A stretch of DNA of 64,000 bases from Candidatus Eiseniibacteriota bacterium (GTDB lineage: Bacteria; Eisenbacteria; RBG-16-71-46; JABDJR01): positions 128,001-192,000 of the forward strand of contig CAVXKA010000003.1 in assembly GCA_963762255.1 (NCBI GenBank), given 5' to 3'. The notes beneath the pieces are model-generated. The model was not told where the DNA came from, did not search any database, and saw nothing but the letters and a program-made list of their open reading frames with translations. The translations under genes were made by a program, and so were the position numbers. This document shows positions 60,108-64,000 of this stretch, one piece after another (position 1 is the stretch's first letter; the number at the start of each line of letters is the position of its first letter).

Positions 60108-62111
60108 GTGCGCGAACCCCTCGACTCCCCCAGCCTCGAGCAGCGCGCGGCCAACACGATTCGCGTTCTCGTGATGGACGCGGTGCAGAAGGCGGACAGC
60201 GGCCACCCCGGTGCCCCGATGGGGCTGGCCGATGTAGCCACGGTACTCTGGACCCGATTCCTGCGCTTCGACCCCACGTGCCCCGACTGGCCGAACCGCG
60301 ACCGGTTCGTCCTGAGCGCCGGGCACGCGTGCATGCTCCAGTACGCGCTTCTCCACCTGACCGGCTTCGACCTGTCGATGGACGACCTCATGGCGTTCCG
60401 CCAGTGGGAAAGTCGCACGCCGGGCCATCCCGAGTTCGGCCACACGCCGGGCGTCGAGATCACCACCGGCCCTCTCGGTCAGGGCATTGCGAGCGCGGTC
60501 GGCATGGCGCTGGCCGAGCGCCACCTGGCTGCCCGGCTCAACACACCGGACTTCGCCGTCGTCGACCACTGGACCTATGTCATCGCCGGCGACGGCGATC
60601 TCATGGAGGGGGTCCAGGCCGAGGCGGCGTCCCTGGCGGGTCACTTGGGCCTCGGCAAGCTGATCGTGGTGTACGACGACAACCGGATCACCATCGACGG
60701 GGCAACTTCCCTCGCCTTCGACGAGGATCGGGGGGCGCGCTACGAGGCTTTCGGCTGGCACGTGCTGCACGTGGACGGACACGATCGCGCGGCCATCGCC
60801 GAGGCGCTCACGATGGCGCGGGCCGACACCGAGCGGCCGTCGCTGATCGTGGCGCGCACGCACATCGCCTTCGGCGCCCCGACCAAGCAGGACACCTCGG
60901 AGGCCCACGGCACGCCTCTCGGGCCTGAGGAGATCCGCGGCGCCAAGACGGCCTATGGCTTTCCGCCCGACCAGGCGTTCTTCGTCCCCGACGACGTGCG
61001 CGCGCATTTCATGGAGGCGGGATCGCGCCATCGTCCCGAACGCGCGGAATGGGAAACGCGGTTCTCCGCGTGGCGCCGCACCCACGCGGAGAAAGCTGCC
61101 CTCTGGGATGCGCTCCACGCGCCCGCCGTCCCTGTGGAGGGGCGCCCAACCTTCGAGACCGGCAAGAGCATCGCGACCCGTGCCGCATCGGGAAAGGCGC
61201 TCGAGTGGCTGAAGCCGCGAGTGCCCGCGTTGATCGGCGGGAGCGCGGATCTGGAGCCCTCGAACAAGACGTGGAACAAGGGCGACGTCGCGTTCTCGCG
61301 CGAGACCCCCGAGGGGCGCTACATCCATTTCGGAGTCCGCGAGCATGCGATGGGCGCGATGATGAACGGCATGGCCGTGTACGGCGGGCTCGTTCCCTTC
61401 GGCGGCACCTTCCTCACCTTCAGCGACTACATGCGGGGCGCGATACGCCTCGCCGCGCTCATGGGCGTGCGCGTGATCTACGTGTTCACCCACGATTCGA
61501 TCTTCCTCGGCGAGGACGGCCCGACGCATCAGCCGGTCGAGCACCTGGCCGCGCTGCGCGCGATCCCGGGACTGCTGACGTTGCGCCCCGCCGACGCCGC
61601 GGAGACGGTGACCGCGTGGGAAGTGGCGCTGGAGCGCCGCGGTCCGACAGCGCTCTGCCTGACACGACAGGGCGTGCCGGTCCTGGATCACGCCGGGCGG
61701 GGCCCCACCGAGGGCCTGCGCCGAGGCGCCTACATCCTGGCCGGCGCGGATGCGGAGCCCGATCTCATCGCCTTCGCGACCGGTTCCGAGGTGCACGTCA
61801 CGCTCGAAGCGGCGGCGACGCTCGCCAAGGAGGGAACGCGCGTGCGCGTCGTCGCGGTCCCCTCGTGGGAGCTCTTCGCCGAGCAGGACGCGAGCTACCG
61901 CCGCGCGGTGCTCGCCCCGCAGGTGCGGCATCGGATGGCCGTGGAGGCCGCGGTGCCGCTCGGGTGGGAGCGCTTCATCGGCCTGGATGGAATGTTCGTG
62001 GGCATGCGCCGCTTCGGGGCGTCGGCCCCGGCCGAGGTGTTGCAGGAGAAGTTCGGTCTCGACGCGGATGCGATCGCCGCGGCGATGCGGCGCACGCTCC
62101 AACGAGGCTGA
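60108..62111 (+). CDS. tkt: Transketolase
   Basis: [42 protein letters not shown] and [16 protein letters not shown] motifs. Confidence 0.97.
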   Translation: MREPLDSPSLEQRAANTIRVLVMDAVQKADSGHPGAPMGLADVATVLWTRFLRFDPTCPDWPNRDRFVLSAGHACMLQYALLHLTGFDLSMDDLMAFRQWESRTPGHPEFGHTPGVEITTGPLGQGIASAVGMALAERHLAARLNTPDFAVVDHWTYVIAGDGDLMEGVQAEAASLAGHLGLGKLIVVYDDNRITIDGATSLAFDEDRGARYEAFGWHVLHVDGHDRAAIAEALTMARADTERPSLIVARTHIAFGAPTKQDTSEAHGTPLGPEEIRGAKTAYGFPPDQAFFVPDDVRAHFMEAGSRHRPERAEWETRFSAWRRTHAEKAALWDALHAPAVPVEGRPTFETGKSIATRAASGKALEWLKPRVPALIGGSADLEPSNKTWNKGDVAFSRETPEGRYIHFGVREHAMGAMMNGMAVYGGLVPFGGTFLTFSDYMRGAIRLAALMGVRVIYVFTHDSIFLGEDGPTHQPVEHLAALRAIPGLLTLRPADAAETVTAWEVALERRGPTALCLTRQGVPVLDHAGRGPTEGLRRGAYILAGADAEPDLIAFATGSEVHVTLEAAATLAKEGTRVRVVAVPSWELFAEQDASYRRAVLAPQVRHRMAVEAAVPLGWERFIGLDGMFVGMRRFGASAPAEVLQEKFGLDADAIAAAMRRTLQRG

Positions 62112-62113
62112 CC

Positions 62114-62908
62114 ATGCGTCCCTACCTGGACCTCATGCGGCGCATCCTCGACGAGGGGCGGCCGCGCACCGATCGCACCGGCACCGGTACCCTGAGCGTG
62201 TTCGGACACCAGATGCGCTTCGACCTCGCGCGCGGATTTCCGCTGGTCACCACCAAGAAGATCCACACGCGATCGGTGATCGAGGAGATGCTCTGGTACC
62301 TGCGCGGCGAGACCAACGTGCAGAGCCTCAGGGACCGCGGCGTGACCATCTGGGACGAGTGGGCGGACACGCAAGGGGATCTCGGGCCCGTCTACGGTTT
62401 CCAGTGGCGCTCGTGGCGGCGACGCGACGGCGGCACCGTCGATCAGATCGCCGAGGCGCTCCGCCTCATCCGCGAGCAGCCCGATTCCCGGCGCATCATC
62501 GTGAGCGCGTGGAACGTGGGCGAACTGGACGAGATGGCCCTCCCCCCGTGCCACCTCCTCTTCCAGTTCTACGTCTCCGACGGGCGGCTCTCCTGCCAGC
62601 TCTATCAGCGTAGCGCCGACGTGTTCCTCGGAGTGCCGTTCAACATCGCTTCCTACGCGCTCTTCACCCACATGATCGCGCAAGTGACGGGCCTCGAGCC
62701 CGGCGAGTTCATCCACACCTTCGGCGACGCCCATCTCTACACGAACCACCTCGACCAGGCTCGCCTTCAGCTCACTCGTGAACCGCGTCCGCTCCCCGTC
62801 CTGGAGCTCAACCCCGAGGTCACCGACCTCTTCGCGTTCCGCGCCGAGGATATCGTGGTACGCGGATACGATCCGCACCCGCACATCAAGGCCGCGGTGT
62901 CGGTGTGA
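62114..62908 (+). CDS. thyA: Thymidylate synthase
   Basis: [24 protein letters not shown] and [18 protein letters not shown] motifs. Confidence 0.98.
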   Translation: MRPYLDLMRRILDEGRPRTDRTGTGTLSVFGHQMRFDLARGFPLVTTKKIHTRSVIEEMLWYLRGETNVQSLRDRGVTIWDEWADTQGDLGPVYGFQWRSWRRRDGGTVDQIAEALRLIREQPDSRRIIVSAWNVGELDEMALPPCHLLFQFYVSDGRLSCQLYQRSADVFLGVPFNIASYALFTHMIAQVTGLEPGEFIHTFGDAHLYTNHLDQARLQLTREPRPLPVLELNPEVTDLFAFRAEDIVVRGYDPHPHIKAAVSV

Positions 62909-63393
62909 TCCTCTCCATCCTCGTCGCCGTCGCCGAGAACGGCGTCATCGGTCGCGAAGGGCGTCTCCCCTGGCATCTCCCCGACGATCTACGCCGCTTC
63001 AAGCGCCTCACCACGGGACACGCCATCGTCATGGGGCGGCGGACCTACGAGTCGATCGGCCGCGCGCTCCCCGGACGGCGCTCGATCGTGCTCTCGCGCG
63101 ATGCGCGCTTCGCGTCGCCCGGGATCGAGATCGCACGCTCGCTGGACGCCGCGCTCGCCGCCTGCGCCGGCGAAGAGGAAGTCTTCGTGATCGGAGGCGA
63201 GAGCCTCTTCCGCAAGGCGCTGCCGAAAGCGGATCGCATCTATCTGACGCGCGTGCACGACCGGCCGGCCGGCGACGTTTGCTTCCCGGACTTCGACGAA
63301 TCGGCGTGGGATCGCGCGGAGAGCGAAGAGCACGCCGCGGACGAGCACCACGAGCATCCCTTCACGTTTCTCACGTATCGCCGGCGGGGGTAG
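62905..63393 (+). CDS. folA: Dihydrofolate reductase
   Basis: [30 protein letters not shown] and VIGG motifs; overlaps the thyA stop codon. Confidence 0.96.
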   Translation: MILSILVAVAENGVIGREGRLPWHLPDDLRRFKRLTTGHAIVMGRRTYESIGRALPGRRSIVLSRDARFASPGIEIARSLDAALAACAGEEEVFVIGGESLFRKALPKADRIYLTRVHDRPAGDVCFPDFDESAWDRAESEEHAADEHHEHPFTFLTYRRRG

Positions 63394-63447
63394 TGCCGAT
63401 GTGGGTCATCCTGGCCGCGCTCGTGCTTCATACCAGCGCACCCGCAC

Positions 63448-64000
63448 TCAAGCCGCGCGCCGCGTCTCCCACGGCACCGCGCCGCTAGCGCGCGTTCGCG
63501 CCCCGGTCCGCACCTCCACCAGATCTCCGCCCTGGCGGCGGAACGGTAGCCACGCCAATCCGGCCGGAGCCGCGAACATCGCCGGGGCCGCGTCCAGGAA
63601 TCGGATGAACGCACCGAGGCTCTCGCGCGCAAGCGCGCCCTCCACCGCCCACCGCCACCCGGCCGCCTCGGCGCTCCCTACCGCGGCGCCCGCCGGCAGC
63701 TCCACCGGGTCGTTCACCCAGGGACCGCGCGGGTTGTGCCGCGTGAGGCGCACGGCGAGGTGAAGTTGCGCCTCGAAGTGCCGCGCTTCATAGGCCGGCA
63801 CGAACACCGCATCCGCGGGAGGCGCCTCGGCGCCCGCCGGCGATCCATACACCCAGAACGGTAGCCACCGCCCGGGGCCGCCGATCGGCGCGTCCAGGAA
63901 CCACTGAGAGACGCGCCGCCGTTCGGCGCCGGCCGCCTCCCAGCACGCCGCGCAGTTGCGACAGGGAAAGAGCCGGTCGCGCTCGCGCAGAGGTAACTCG
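63448..64000 (-). CDS. Hypothetical protein, 5'-truncated, with a CxxC motif
   Basis: The frame is open from the window edge: ...LFPCRNCAACWE...WLPFWVY...FVPAY...WLPF. Confidence 0.55.
   Translation of the reverse strand, partial: ELPLRERDRLFPCRNCAACWEAAGAERRRVSQWFLDAPIGGPGRWLPFWVYGSPAGAEAPPADAVFVPAYEARHFEAQLHLAVRLTRHNPRGPWVNDPVELPAGAAVGSAEAAGWRWAVEGALARESLGAFIRFLDAAPAMFAAPAGLAWLPFRRQGGDLVEVRTGARTRASGAVPWETRRAA

Overview
High-GC (by eye about 70%) chromosomal DNA from a diderm bacterium. The gene content (PorU/PorV, many FlgD-Ig/T9SS-like C-terminal domains, a deltaproteobacterial-order pil cluster) suggests an FCB-related candidate phylum such as Ca. Eisenbacteria or Krumholzibacteriota; this is inference. 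Left to right, mostly on the minus strand: (1) a type IV pilus locus, pilA<-pilR<-pilS<-pilC<-pilT<-pilB, with a sigma54 promoter before pilA and single-base frameshifts in pilR and pilT; (2) comEA, an ECF S-component/TonB-receptor-like fusion ORF, a PHP protein and a TPR protein; (3) hutI and hutU separated by a secreted beta-propeller gene, then dinG, ligA, a TIMP-like/HEAT protein and an HNH endonuclease; (4) a T9SS-like envelope cluster (Omp85 protein, giant beta-barrel, NHL lipoprotein, two paralogues, M6 protease, porV, porU) downstream of accA and dnaE; (5) an M23 peptidase, a sigma54-driven lipoprotein, an S8 protease, pyrE, a Nudix hydrolase, tatA, a HerA-like ATPase, a membrane protein, a LysR regulator, ferredoxin, tkt, thyA and folA. 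The most striking unexplained signal is a 20-bp palindrome, ATGCTCACCCGGGTGAGCAT, found five times: bracketing and inside the HNH gene, and bracketing the gene that interrupts the hut operon. No rRNA, tRNA or CRISPR array was recognised. All calls come from reading the sequence; no database searches were run.
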